A stretch of DNA of 64,000 bases from Candidatus Woesearchaeota archaeon. Its GTDB lineage: Archaea; Nanobdellota; Nanobdellia; Woesearchaeales; GW2011-AR4. How positions within the stretch are numbered: position 1 is the stretch's first letter; each line of letters starts with the position of its first letter. The DNA is taken from positions 32,001 through 96,000 of the forward strand of contig JACOZN010000010.1 in assembly GCA_016181305.1 (NCBI GenBank), read 5' to 3'. A program made the position numbers and the translations under genes. Below, piece by piece: positions 9,910 to 18,868 of this stretch. A model generated the notes under the pieces. It made no database searches. It was given only the letters and a program-made list of their open reading frames with translations, and was not told the DNA's origin.

Positions 9910-10917
9910 ATGAAAATTTTGATAATAAAGCTCGGCGCAATAGGGGACGTGCTGAGGACAACCGCCATATTGCAGGGCTTGAAAGAAAAGTACAGGAATT
10001 GCTATATTAGCTGGGCAACCAAAAAAGAGTCTTTTGGCATTTTGAAGAACAATAAATTCATTGACAGGATATTTTTGATTGGCAATGGGGCAAAAAATGA
10101 GCTAAAAGAAAAAGAATGTGATTTAGTCATAAGCTTGGATGATAATTATGAAGCTTGCGAATTTGCTTCTGGTGTAAATCCAAAAAAATTAGTTGGGGCT
10201 TACCTAAAAGATAATAAAAGAGCCTATACAAAAGACTCTGCCTTGTGGTTTGACATGGGATTGATTTCAAGGTTTGGGAAGAAAAAAGCTGATATCCTAA
10301 AGGCAAAAAACAAAAAAACGTATCAGGAAATAATGTACAAAATGCTCGGGCTGAAGTACAAAAAGCAGGAGCCTATATTGAACTTGACTAAAAAGGAGCT
10401 TGATTTTGGCAGAGAGTTTGCGCAAAAAAATAAAATAGGCAAAAAAGATTTGGTTATCGGCATTAATACAGGTGCAGGGGGAAGATGGCATGACAAGAAG
10501 CTAAGCATTGAAAAGGCTGCTGAGTTGGTTGATGAATTGAATAAAATAAAAAATGCAAGGTTATTGCTTTTTGGCGGCCCTGAAGAAAAGGAAAGAAATG
10601 GGCGGATAAAAAAATTAATTAAAACAAAAATAATTGATGCTGGCTGCAGCAACTCATTGATGGAATTTGCCTCTTTGGTCAATTTATGCAATATCTTGGT
10701 AACTTCTGACAGCCTTGCAATGCACATTGGAGTTGCCCTGAAAAAGAAGGTTGTTGCATTTTTCTGCCCCACAAGCCCCTATGAGATTGAATTATACAAC
10801 AGGGGGATAAAGATAGTGCCGAGAAAAGGGTGTGTCTGCTGCTACAAAGAGAAATGCGATATTACTCCGGAGTATGATGTGGATGAGATTGTGAGGGGTG
10901 TGAAAAAGTTAATTTAA
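9910..10917 (+). CDS. GT9 glycosyltransferase (heptosyltransferase WaaF/RfaF-like)
   Basis: 'KILIIKLGAIGDVLRTT', 'IGINTGAGGRW', 'LVTSDSLAMHIGVAL' and 'FCPTSP' motifs. Confidence 0.88.
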   Translation: MKILIIKLGAIGDVLRTTAILQGLKEKYRNCYISWATKKESFGILKNNKFIDRIFLIGNGAKNELKEKECDLVISLDDNYEACEFASGVNPKKLVGAYLKDNKRAYTKDSALWFDMGLISRFGKKKADILKAKNKKTYQEIMYKMLGLKYKKQEPILNLTKKELDFGREFAQKNKIGKKDLVIGINTGAGGRWHDKKLSIEKAAELVDELNKIKNARLLLFGGPEEKERNGRIKKLIKTKIIDAGCSNSLMEFASLVNLCNILVTSDSLAMHIGVALKKKVVAFFCPTSPYEIELYNRGIKIVPRKGCVCCYKEKCDITPEYDVDEIVRGVKKLI

Positions 10918-12518
10918 CTTTTTTTCTTAAATATAAGCTTATACCAGAAGATTACACCAAATCCAAAAATTACTAATAATGTTGTACCGGCTACAAATTC
11001 CCTGGTCTTTAGTTTTGACAATAACTGGGTTGCACCCCTTCTTGCAATTTGATTTAAACTTTCATTTTTCAATGTTAATCCAGAAGTTTGAGTCGTTTGT
11101 GCTGCTACTTGAGGCTCTATTTTTGCATTCTTCGCTTCGGTTATTGATTCTTCTTCTTTTACTTCACATTTTTTACTAGTTATCAGAGGTTTTGATTCTT
11201 CGGGACATGGAGTTTCCTGTGAATGCTGAGGAACTTTGACGAAGTTGCACTGCCTTGTTTGTAGTCCATCAATGCAATCACTCCATTCACTACATTGCCA
11301 ATCCATATTGCAAACATAACTAATGCCGCTGCCGCCTCCACCACTTCCGCCTCCGCCGCCTCCAGAGCTGCCACCGCCAGAAGAGCTTCCTGAACTGCCA
11401 CCGCTACTATCCCCGCTACTGGCAGGCGCCTCTTGGGTAGTATAGGTGCTAAATTGTGTAACATTAAAAATCAAAGTACCATCTGAATAATTCACTATTT
11501 TGCATATTGTATCTGGGCATTCAATGCCATCTTTCAAAATTTTTGGGGTTGTATTGTATGTTAGATTATATAGATAAAGTGTGGAGCTTTTGTTTAATGA
11601 CGGAATAGCGCTGCTGTTTATTTCAATTCTATTGCTGGAGATTTTTATATATTTACTAATATCTGATACTCCATCCAGACTTACAGCTTCGGCAAATTTT
11701 ATTTTGCCAGAATCAACTTGTTCAAAAGTCAGGTTCTCTATCCTTGACATATTGACTTGGGTAAAATCCGTTGTTTCGCCTGAAAAATTACCTATTACAA
11801 TTAAAGTGAATCTTCTTGTTCCAGTTATGCTTTCAAAACCTGCGGCATCTGTACAAGCAATACTCCAATTATAGTATTGTATACTTTCAATAGTTGTTGA
11901 AATATTTATTTTAATTTCTATCCAATTCATTATTATAGAGAAGTAGTCTGTCTTATTTACTTTGTTATTGAATATTAAAGAACAGTTTGCCAGTGGTGAT
12001 GCATCAGTTATAGAATATGCAAATGTTAATTCTTTTGAAATATTATTTGAAATATTTGAATTATCTACACTAAAAGCGCTATTATTTACTGGTCTATTAA
12101 TATTAGAAATTATTGGGGGGAGTCTATCCAGAGTTATTCTTTTGGATGATACCGCTGTAGTAGAAGCAGTATTATTTATCCTGAAGCTAATGTTATAAAA
12201 ATGCTGGTCTGCATTTGAAATGTTCCAAGGATAAGAACAATTCCCGCTTAAATAATCAGCTGAATAATTTGTAGTAACATTGACAGTAGACCATTCTACA
12301 TTGCAATCACCATCTTCAGCTATACATAACTCGCAAGAGTTATTAGCATTAAAGCCAACCCCAGAGTCTGAAAAATTAGCAAATAATACCAAGTTATCGA
12401 TTGTAGTTATATATGAGGATAGAGATTTATCAATCTCAATGATAGGAATCGCTCTAACGTATAAAACTGACACTAACAAAAATAGCGAGGCAATTAGCAG
12501 CAAGGCTGGTTTCTTCAT
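10914..12518 (-). CDS. Secreted, C-terminally membrane-anchored surface glycoprotein with Gly/Ser linker and TSP1-like Cys/Trp motif
   Basis: Signal peptide (MKKPALLLIASLFLL...), about 25 N-x-S/T sequons counted by eye, SSGG/GGGG linker, 'WQCSEWSDCIDGLQTRQC', C-terminal TM helix plus basic tail. DNA is visibly AT-rich. Confidence 0.8.
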   Translation of the reverse strand: MKKPALLLIASLFLLVSVLYVRAIPIIEIDKSLSSYITTIDNLVLFANFSDSGVGFNANNSCELCIAEDGDCNVEWSTVNVTTNYSADYLSGNCSYPWNISNADQHFYNISFRINNTASTTAVSSKRITLDRLPPIISNINRPVNNSAFSVDNSNISNNISKELTFAYSITDASPLANCSLIFNNKVNKTDYFSIIMNWIEIKINISTTIESIQYYNWSIACTDAAGFESITGTRRFTLIVIGNFSGETTDFTQVNMSRIENLTFEQVDSGKIKFAEAVSLDGVSDISKYIKISSNRIEINSSAIPSLNKSSTLYLYNLTYNTTPKILKDGIECPDTICKIVNYSDGTLIFNVTQFSTYTTQEAPASSGDSSGGSSGSSSGGGSSGGGGGGSGGGGSGISYVCNMDWQCSEWSDCIDGLQTRQCNFVKVPQHSQETPCPEESKPLITSKKCEVKEEESITEAKNAKIEPQVAAQTTQTSGLTLKNESLNQIARRGATQLLSKLKTREFVAGTTLLVIFGFGVIFWYKLIFKKKS

Positions 12519-12652
12519 TAAAATTCTCCTCTTATGGAAAAACAAAAAAAAACCACTTTTTAGTATATAAAATGAACAATTTATTTAAACTTTCCTATAA
12601 AATTTAAGAGGATAACTAAATTTATAAATGCCCATATATGCCATTGAAATAG

Positions 12653-13369
12653 ATGAAAACCTTTGTAATGATTCCAACATACAATGAAAGCGAGAATATA
12701 AAGAATTTGATAAATAAAATTCTAAAATTAAGGATAAATAATTTGCATATTGCTGTAGTTGACGACAACAGCCCTGACGGGACATGGAAAATAGTGCAAG
12801 ACATCTCCAAAGCCAAGAAAAATGTCCATCTTTTATTGAGAAAAAAAGACAAAGGAAGGGGCTCGGCTGGAAAAGACGGCTTTATTTACTGCCTGAAGCA
12901 TGGTGCTGATGCAATAGTCGAGATGGACGCAGACATGTCGCACAATCCCAAATACATTCCCGAAATGCTGAAAGGGATAAAAAACCATGACATTGTGCTT
13001 GGCTCCAGACGGGTTAAAGGCGCCAAAGAGGTCGGAAGGGGCTTTATAAGAAGATTGATAACTTATATTGCAAATTTATACATAAGGCTGATGCTCGGCA
13101 TAAAAGTCAGGGACTGCAACTCGGGATTCAGGTGCTTCACAAGGGAGATCATGGAAAAGATACAGCCTGAAAAGCTTGAGTCAAAAGGTCCCTCGATAGT
13201 GCAGGAAGTCTTATTCAAGGCGCACTTAAAAAACGCAAGGATAAAGGAGATTCCGATAGTTTTTGTCAACAGGACAAAAGGGCATTCAAAGCTTGGGATT
13301 CCGCAATTAGCTACCGGGTATTTCATGGTGCTGAAACTGAAAATGCTGTCAGTAATGGGGAGAATATGA
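12653..13369 (+). CDS. GT2 polyprenol monophosphomannose synthase-like glycosyltransferase
   Basis: 'VMIPTYNESEN', 'VDDNSPDGT', 'EMDADMSHNP', 'DCNSGFRCF' motifs. Confidence 0.9.
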   Translation: MKTFVMIPTYNESENIKNLINKILKLRINNLHIAVVDDNSPDGTWKIVQDISKAKKNVHLLLRKKDKGRGSAGKDGFIYCLKHGADAIVEMDADMSHNPKYIPEMLKGIKNHDIVLGSRRVKGAKEVGRGFIRRLITYIANLYIRLMLGIKVRDCNSGFRCFTREIMEKIQPEKLESKGPSIVQEVLFKAHLKNARIKEIPIVFVNRTKGHSKLGIPQLATGYFMVLKLKMLSVMGRI

Positions 13370-14382
13370 AGATAGCGATTTTAACCCCGACATTCTCGCA
13401 CTACAGCGGGATAGACAGGGTTGTGCAGCAGCAGGCAGAAGAATATGCAAAAAAAGGGCATAAAGTTGCTGTTTTTGCGCTTGAAGGCGGCATAAAGCCA
13501 AAAAATTTCAGGCTTGAGCTGCTTGGAATGCCAAAAAGCCTGTTTTTGCAGAGATTGTACAGGCTGTTTTTCTTCCTTGATTTCATTAAAATAAAAAAGG
13601 CTGCAAAGAAGCTCAAGAATTACGATATTGCCATATCGCACCAGTACCCGATGAATTTAATAGCCTCGAGGGCAAAAAAGTATTACAAAACAAAGTACAT
13701 TTACCACAACCACGGCATTGGCTATGACTATCTGTTCGGCAGCATTTTTGAAAAATTATACATGAAATTGTTTGGGTGCTTTACAAGGCTTTCCCTGAGA
13801 AATGCCGATTCTGCCTTTTCTGTCAGCAAATTCCTGAGAAACGAGCTGATGGGGGAAACAGGAATTAAGAGCAAAGTTTTATACAATAAAATCAATCCAA
13901 GATACAAAAAAAAACTGGATGGCTCAAAAATAAGAAAAAGGCTGGGCATAAAAAACAATGAAAAATTATTATTCTTTATCGGAAGGCTGTCGCCGCACAA
14001 GAATGTGCACACTTTATTGAAGATTTTTGAACTGGTTAATGAGGAAATGCCAAGCGCAAAGCTGCTTATCATTGGAAAGCCGACTTTCAGGGGCTATTTC
14101 AGGAAATTGAAGGCAATGGCAGGCAGGAATGTAATCTTTAAGGAGTCCATAGAAGACAGTAACCTGCCTTATTGCTATGCTGCATGCGACTTGTATGTGA
14201 CTGCATCTTTATGGGAAGGCTTCAACCTGCCGATTGCAGAGGCGCAGGCATGCGGCAAGAAGGTTGTTGCATTCAGCATCGGCTCGCATCCTGAAGTTGT
14301 TAAAAATGGAGTTTTAGTAAAAGAAGGCGACATTAAAGGATTTGCAAATGCCGCAATAAAAATACTGGAATCTAAACAATAA
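13366..14382 (+). CDS. GT4 glycosyltransferase
   Basis: 'FIGRLSPHKN' and 'EGFNLPIAEAQACG' (EX7E) motifs. Confidence 0.9.
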   Translation: MKIAILTPTFSHYSGIDRVVQQQAEEYAKKGHKVAVFALEGGIKPKNFRLELLGMPKSLFLQRLYRLFFFLDFIKIKKAAKKLKNYDIAISHQYPMNLIASRAKKYYKTKYIYHNHGIGYDYLFGSIFEKLYMKLFGCFTRLSLRNADSAFSVSKFLRNELMGETGIKSKVLYNKINPRYKKKLDGSKIRKRLGIKNNEKLLFFIGRLSPHKNVHTLLKIFELVNEEMPSAKLLIIGKPTFRGYFRKLKAMAGRNVIFKESIEDSNLPYCYAACDLYVTASLWEGFNLPIAEAQACGKKVVAFSIGSHPEVVKNGVLVKEGDIKGFANAAIKILESKQ

Positions 14383-15328
14383 ACTTAGGCTTAAACATAT
14401 ATTTCTCGCTGAAAACTTTTAAAATGTAAGAATCATCTGCTTTTCTGAATTTCTGGGCTTCTTTTCTTTTTTCGAGGATTTTATTGAAATTGAATAATAT
14501 ATAGAATACCGCCTTTATCCTTGCAAAAGCAATAGCAAACTGGAAGCTTAGGATATCCTTTGTTATTGCAATAAGCCTCATAAGCAACGCATAAGGCAAA
14601 TATAGGACTATATGCCTAAAATCCATTATCCTGAAAAATGTAGTAAGCAAATTCCTCTCCATCAGAAATGCCGTAAAGGCTTTGCTTTTTTTCCGGGTTG
14701 TGACTGCATGCATATGGTACATCACAGCCTTCGGCTCAAAGACAGCCTTTTTGCCGCTGAGCCGTATCCTCATCCCCAAATCCAGATCTTCCGCATAGAT
14801 GAAATAATCAGGCTCAAACAAATATCCAAACAAATCAACAAAATCCTTTCTTATCAAGCCGACACCGAGATAAGGAATCTCTCTGGAACTTCCATTTCCT
14901 CTTATATGCCCGTTGTAGAATGCCCTTGAAACCCACGTGCCTCCTGATTTCAGCTTTCTGTCATAAAAATTGACAAGCCTTGGCGCAGCCATCGCAACCT
15001 CTTTATCGGAGTTTATGGATTCAACCAAAAATTTGATGCAGTCCTTGTCAAGCTCCATATCATTATTGAGAAACAGGATATACTCCCCATTGCAATGCTC
15101 CAGGGCAGAATTTATGCCGGAATAGCCAAGATTTTTTCCATTTTCAACGAGCTTTACATTTTTGTAATTCTTTCTGACAAGCTCCTGGCTGCCGTCGCTT
15201 GAGCTGTTGTCTGCAACTATTATTTCATAGTTTTTAAAGGATGATTTTTTAATAGAATCAACAAGCGCCTTCAGAAGCCCTTTGCCGTTGTAGTTAACTA
15301 TTATAATTGAAACTAAGCCTTTTTTCAT
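14372..15328 (-). CDS. GT2 glycosyltransferase (rhamnosyltransferase-like)
   Basis: 'SIIIVNYNG', 'ADNSSSDGS', 'FLNNDM', 'YAEDLDLG' motifs. ATG at 15328 chosen as the start. Confidence 0.88.
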   Translation of the reverse strand: MKKGLVSIIIVNYNGKGLLKALVDSIKKSSFKNYEIIVADNSSSDGSQELVRKNYKNVKLVENGKNLGYSGINSALEHCNGEYILFLNNDMELDKDCIKFLVESINSDKEVAMAAPRLVNFYDRKLKSGGTWVSRAFYNGHIRGNGSSREIPYLGVGLIRKDFVDLFGYLFEPDYFIYAEDLDLGMRIRLSGKKAVFEPKAVMYHMHAVTTRKKSKAFTAFLMERNLLTTFFRIMDFRHIVLYLPYALLMRLIAITKDILSFQFAIAFARIKAVFYILFNFNKILEKRKEAQKFRKADDSYILKVFSEKYMFKPKFIV

Positions 15329-15857
15329 TTTTCTTCTTGACAACCCTGAGCGTGAAGTCTATTTTCACTATTATTTCGCCGAGCAGATAGCTCATTAAAT
15401 GCCTTAAGTCCAAGACATTTGGAAACAATGACTTTGGCACAGGCAGAGGCGGAATAATCCATCCTATTTTTGACGGAATCAATTTGATTTTCTCGAGCCT
15501 GAAGCCCGGGTAAGAGTCGTATTTCCTGTCGGTTTCAGTGAAAAATTTCATGCTGTCGACGTTAAAAAAATAGTAATGGTTTGGATAGAATGCCCCTGAC
15601 GAGTGCCAGTATGGCACAATAAGCCTCACAACAGCTCCGTGCTTTGATATGCGGTGTATTTCCTGCATTGCCATGAACAAATCTTTCAAGTGCTCAATCG
15701 CGTCCCTTCCGTAAACCTCGTCAAAATAATTGCTCGGGAAAGGCCATGGGTACTTGTCAAGGTTGTGCACTATGTCAACCCCTTTTATTTTTGACTTGTC
15801 AAGGTTGATGTAGCCTTTTTTTATGTCTGCGCCGCACCCAAAATTAAGCTTTTTCAT
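15294..15857 (-). CDS. Class I SAM-dependent methyltransferase (type 11-like)
   Basis: 'KLNFGCG', 'YINLD', 'DAIEHL', 'LIVPY' motifs. Confidence 0.82.
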   Translation of the reverse strand: MKKLNFGCGADIKKGYINLDKSKIKGVDIVHNLDKYPWPFPSNYFDEVYGRDAIEHLKDLFMAMQEIHRISKHGAVVRLIVPYWHSSGAFYPNHYYFFNVDSMKFFTETDRKYDSYPGFRLEKIKLIPSKIGWIIPPLPVPKSLFPNVLDLRHLMSYLLGEIIVKIDFTLRVVKKKNEKRLSFNYNS

Positions 15858-16249
15858 TTTATTAATTCTGCAGGGTAAGTGTCCGGGTTTTTTGGATTGT
15901 AGGGCGTGTCAACATAGTACAGCAGGTAAAGCATATCCTTGCCTATGTTCTTGAACCCGTGCGCTGTTCCTGCCTTTATCCTGACCAGCTTCAGTTCATC
16001 TTCACCAAATATGGCTTCCTGCATTTTGCCTGTTTTCATGTCCTTCAAAACCAGCTTCATCTTTCCCTTAATGACGCAATACCACTCGTTTTTCTTCCTG
16101 TGGTAATGGTTTGCCTTGCACACGCCAGGATGCGCTGTTGTTATGTTAACCTGCCCAAACTTGCTGCCAATAATTTCAGGCTTGAATATTTCAGCAAGCC
16201 ATCCCCTGCCGTCCCTATGCACTGCAATGCTTTTTGTCTCCAAGCTCAT
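15854..16249 (-). CDS. Cupin-fold NDP-sugar epimerase/isomerase (WxcM/FdtA/RmlC-like)
   Basis: 'HRDGRG', 'KANHYH...EWY' and 'AHGFKN' cupin motifs. ATGA overlap with the upstream reductase. Confidence 0.8.
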   Translation of the reverse strand: MSLETKSIAVHRDGRGWLAEIFKPEIIGSKFGQVNITTAHPGVCKANHYHRKKNEWYCVIKGKMKLVLKDMKTGKMQEAIFGEDELKLVRIKAGTAHGFKNIGKDMLYLLYYVDTPYNPKNPDTYPAELIK

Positions 16250-16968
16250 TTTATTCTGTACTTTTTCCATCTTTTTGTCGAAAGGCTCATGTCAACTGTC
16301 AATGGCGGGCCGTTGTACTCTTTCAGCGCCATCCTGCCGACATTCCTTGAGCCGGCAAGCAGCGCCAATTCGTACATGCTCATTCTCTTGCCGCCTGCAA
16401 TATGGATGATGCCTATTGGCTTTTTTTTGCAGACATCACTGATGCCTTTTGCCACCCCCTCAGCAAACAGATAAGTCCCGAACCTGTCAGTGAACGCCTT
16501 TGGGTACTTCCACTGCTGCTTTGGCGCAAAATTTGTCCTTATGATGCATGTATTGCCGTATTGCCTTGTTGCAATCTCGCCGCATAACTTTGTAAGGGAG
16601 TAGTAATTTTTCGGGCTCGGAACATCGTCTTCTGTGTAGAATTTATTGTGTTCTCCTGCAAAAACGCATGCTGTTGACATATAAATAAGGTAGCAGTTGT
16701 TGTCCAGTTTTTTTAGTGTGTTGACTATATTTTGCGTGCCCTCTACATTTACAGCCCATGCTTTCTGCTTGTCTTCCTCGCACTCTCTTATGCCGACTAA
16801 TGCTGCCGCATGTATCAAAATGTCTGGCTTGTAGCTTAAAATTACCTTATTGACAGACTTTGGATTAGCTATATCCATTTCTTTATGTGTCGGGCAGAAT
16901 GAATTCCTGAATACTTTTTTTAGCGACTGCCCAAGGGCTCCTGAAGCGCCTGTTACTAAGACTTTCAT
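16246..16968 (-). CDS. dTDP-4-dehydrorhamnose reductase (RmlD)-like SDR
   Basis: 'VLVTGASGALG', 'IHAAA', 'YMSTACVF', YSLTK (YxxxK). Start at ATG 16968, with a TATA box about 25 bp upstream. Confidence 0.82.
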   Translation of the reverse strand: MKVLVTGASGALGQSLKKVFRNSFCPTHKEMDIANPKSVNKVILSYKPDILIHAAALVGIRECEEDKQKAWAVNVEGTQNIVNTLKKLDNNCYLIYMSTACVFAGEHNKFYTEDDVPSPKNYYSLTKLCGEIATRQYGNTCIIRTNFAPKQQWKYPKAFTDRFGTYLFAEGVAKGISDVCKKKPIGIIHIAGGKRMSMYELALLAGSRNVGRMALKEYNGPPLTVDMSLSTKRWKKYRIK

Positions 16969-16990
16969 GGCACGAAGTACTTTGGTGCCA

Positions 16991-16998
16991 TATTTAAA
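16991..16998 (-). promoter_or_regulatory. Archaeal TATA box for the rmlD-like gene
   Basis: TTTAAATA on the minus strand about 23-30 bp upstream of ATG 16968. Confidence 0.55.
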
Positions 16999-17013
16999 GC
17001 TTATCTTAGAAGT

Positions 17014-17175
17014 GGCTTTGTGTAGAAAGTATGTTTTGCCATCTTTATTTGTGAGCATCTTTAACAAATGTTATTCAGCAAAAAGGAAATTGCAATGGGA
17101 ATTTTTGCAATAAATAATCTGCTTAACATGCGAACTGATGGCAAAACCGATTTAAAGCGACTTTTACACAAAGCC
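17014..17175. mobile_element. MITE-like 162-bp palindromic element
   Basis: TIRs GGCTTTGTGTAGAAAGT / ACTTT-TACACAAAGCC (16/17), flanking repeats TTAGAAGT (17006-17013) and TTAGAAAC (17176-17183), nested inner inverted repeats, and no coding capacity. Confidence 0.62.
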
Positions 17176-17178
17176 TTA

Positions 17179-17192
17179 GAAACGTTTATAAA
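17179..17192 (+). promoter_or_regulatory. Archaeal BRE/TATA for the nucleotide-sugar dehydrogenase gene
   Basis: GAAACG-TTTATAAA ending 23 bp before ATG 17215. Confidence 0.6.
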
Positions 17193-17214
17193 TCAAGGAC
17201 ATGTCTTTTGCCGA

Positions 17215-18498
17215 ATGAAAACCATAACAATAGTGGGCCTGGGCTATGTCGGCTTGCCTGTGGCATGCCTGTGCGCAGAAAAGGGCAACAAGGTTTACGG
17301 GCTGGATGTGGACAAGAGCAAGATAGAGCTAGTCAACAAGAACCAAAGCCCTATTGATGACGAGTACCTGATCAGCAAATTAAAAAACCTGAAAAAAGGC
17401 ATATCGGCAACAGCCAACCCGGCTGAATGCATACCGAATTCTGATGTCATCATAGTATGCGTGCCAACCCCTGTAGACAGGAACAATTCGCCTGACTTGA
17501 CAGCCTTGATGGAGTCTGTTTCAGCAGTCTCGAAGTTCATCAGGCAGGGCACACTTTTAGTAATAGAATCAACAATTTACCCCGGCACGATTGAGGAAAT
17601 TGCCGTTCCGATACTGAAAAAGCAGAAGTTTGACGCTTATAAAAACGACATTTTTGTGGCGCACTGCCCTGAAAGGATTGACCCGGGCAACAGGAAATGG
17701 AATGTTGAAAACCTGCCAAGGGTTGTTGGAGGAGTAACAAAGGAAGCTGGAAAGAAGGCTGCCGAGTTTTACAGGAGCATAATAGATGCAGAGGTTGTTG
17801 AGCTTAGCAGCGTCAAGGCTGCTGAAGCAACCAAGATAATGGAAAACACATTCAGGGATGTGAACATAGCATTTGTCAACGAGATGGCGCAGAGCTTTGA
17901 CAGGGCAGGCATTGACGTAATTGAGGTCATTAAAGGCGCTTCAACAAAGCCGTTTGCATTCATGCCGCATTATCCGGGAGCTGGGGTAGGGGGGCACTGC
18001 ATAAGCATTGATCCTTACTATCTGATTGAAAAAGCGAAGCAGCTTGGATTCAACCACAGGTTCTTAATGCTCGCAAGAGAGATTAACAGCAGCATGCCGC
18101 ACTATACAGTTGAGCTGCTGGAAAATGAAATGAGAAAACTGAAAAAAACAATCAAGGGCGCAAAAGTCGGGGTGCTTGGCATAGCGTACAAAGCGAATGT
18201 TGATGACATCAGGGAAAGCCCTGCATTTGAAATCATAAATATACTGAAAACCAAAGGCGCTGATGTTTTTGTCTTTGACCCGCATGTGGGCAAAGGAAGC
18301 AACGTAAAAGATATGAACGAGCTGCTGAACAAAAGCGACTATATTATCCTGGCAACAGACCACATTGAGTTCAAAAACATGGACTTAAGCTTGTTAAAGA
18401 AAAACAGGGTATTGGCAGTTATAGACGGCAGGAATTGCCTGGACAAGGAGAAGATAAAGGAAATGGGCATACTTTACCACGGAATTGGAAGGGGCTAA
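17215..18498 (+). CDS. UDP-N-acetylhexosamine 6-dehydrogenase (WecC/WbpA family)
   Basis: 'IVGLGYVGLP', 'CVPTP', 'IESTIYPG', 'HCPERIDPG', 'KIMENTFRDVNIAFVNE', 'GVGGHCISIDP', 'YKANVDDIRESP' motifs. Confidence 0.92.
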   Translation: MKTITIVGLGYVGLPVACLCAEKGNKVYGLDVDKSKIELVNKNQSPIDDEYLISKLKNLKKGISATANPAECIPNSDVIIVCVPTPVDRNNSPDLTALMESVSAVSKFIRQGTLLVIESTIYPGTIEEIAVPILKKQKFDAYKNDIFVAHCPERIDPGNRKWNVENLPRVVGGVTKEAGKKAAEFYRSIIDAEVVELSSVKAAEATKIMENTFRDVNIAFVNEMAQSFDRAGIDVIEVIKGASTKPFAFMPHYPGAGVGGHCISIDPYYLIEKAKQLGFNHRFLMLAREINSSMPHYTVELLENEMRKLKKTIKGAKVGVLGIAYKANVDDIRESPAFEIINILKTKGADVFVFDPHVGKGSNVKDMNELLNKSDYIILATDHIEFKNMDLSLLKKNRVLAVIDGRNCLDKEKIKEMGILYHGIGRG

Positions 18499-18501
18499 TA
18501 G

Positions 18502-18858
18502 ATGAAAAACTTAGCACCAGATTTAACTAGGCAGAGATTGTTAATAGAAGGATTCTATAAAATAAAAGTGGATAGAAAAATAATAGGGAATTATTTTAAG
18601 CATATTACAAAATCATTAAAGTTAAGGATATATGGTAAACCAATAATTTTTTCTCCAGGGGGCATTGGAAAAGAAGAAAATCAAGGCTATGATGCTTTTG
18701 TACCGTTAATTGATTCTGGTATTGCAGTTTATATATGGTCAAATGCAAAGTTTTTCTCAATAGTGATTTATACATGCAAAAGTTTTAATGATAAAGAAGC
18801 TATAGCTGCCACAAAGAGGTTTTTCAAATCAAGTAAGGCAGTTTTTAAGAGTTTTTAA
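18502..18858 (+). CDS. S-adenosylmethionine decarboxylase-like (pyruvoyl-dependent) protein, divergent
   Basis: 'GYDAFVPLIDSGIAVYIW...IVIYTCKSF' aligns with the SpeD-type 'GVVLLAESHISIHTW...DIFTCG' pattern. AT-rich gene. Confidence 0.62.
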   Translation: MKNLAPDLTRQRLLIEGFYKIKVDRKIIGNYFKHITKSLKLRIYGKPIIFSPGGIGKEENQGYDAFVPLIDSGIAVYIWSNAKFFSIVIYTCKSFNDKEAIAATKRFFKSSKAVFKSF

Positions 18859-18868
18859 TATAATTAAA

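Noticed and set aside
11330-11420. GCC/CCA-rich low-complexity DNA as a regulatory or contingency repeat
   Set aside because: It simply encodes the Gly/Ser linker of the surface protein.
16969-17214. Long N-terminal extensions given for ORFs 16246..17067 and 17068..18498 (likewise 30504..31892, 31571.., 33059..33961, 49642..50658)
   Set aside because: The extensions precede the family's first motif and run across TATA boxes or the MITE, so downstream ATGs were used.
18502-18858. AT-rich SpeD-like gene (and the 10914 surface gene) as mobile elements
   Set aside because: No terminal inverted repeats or target duplications were found at their flanks.
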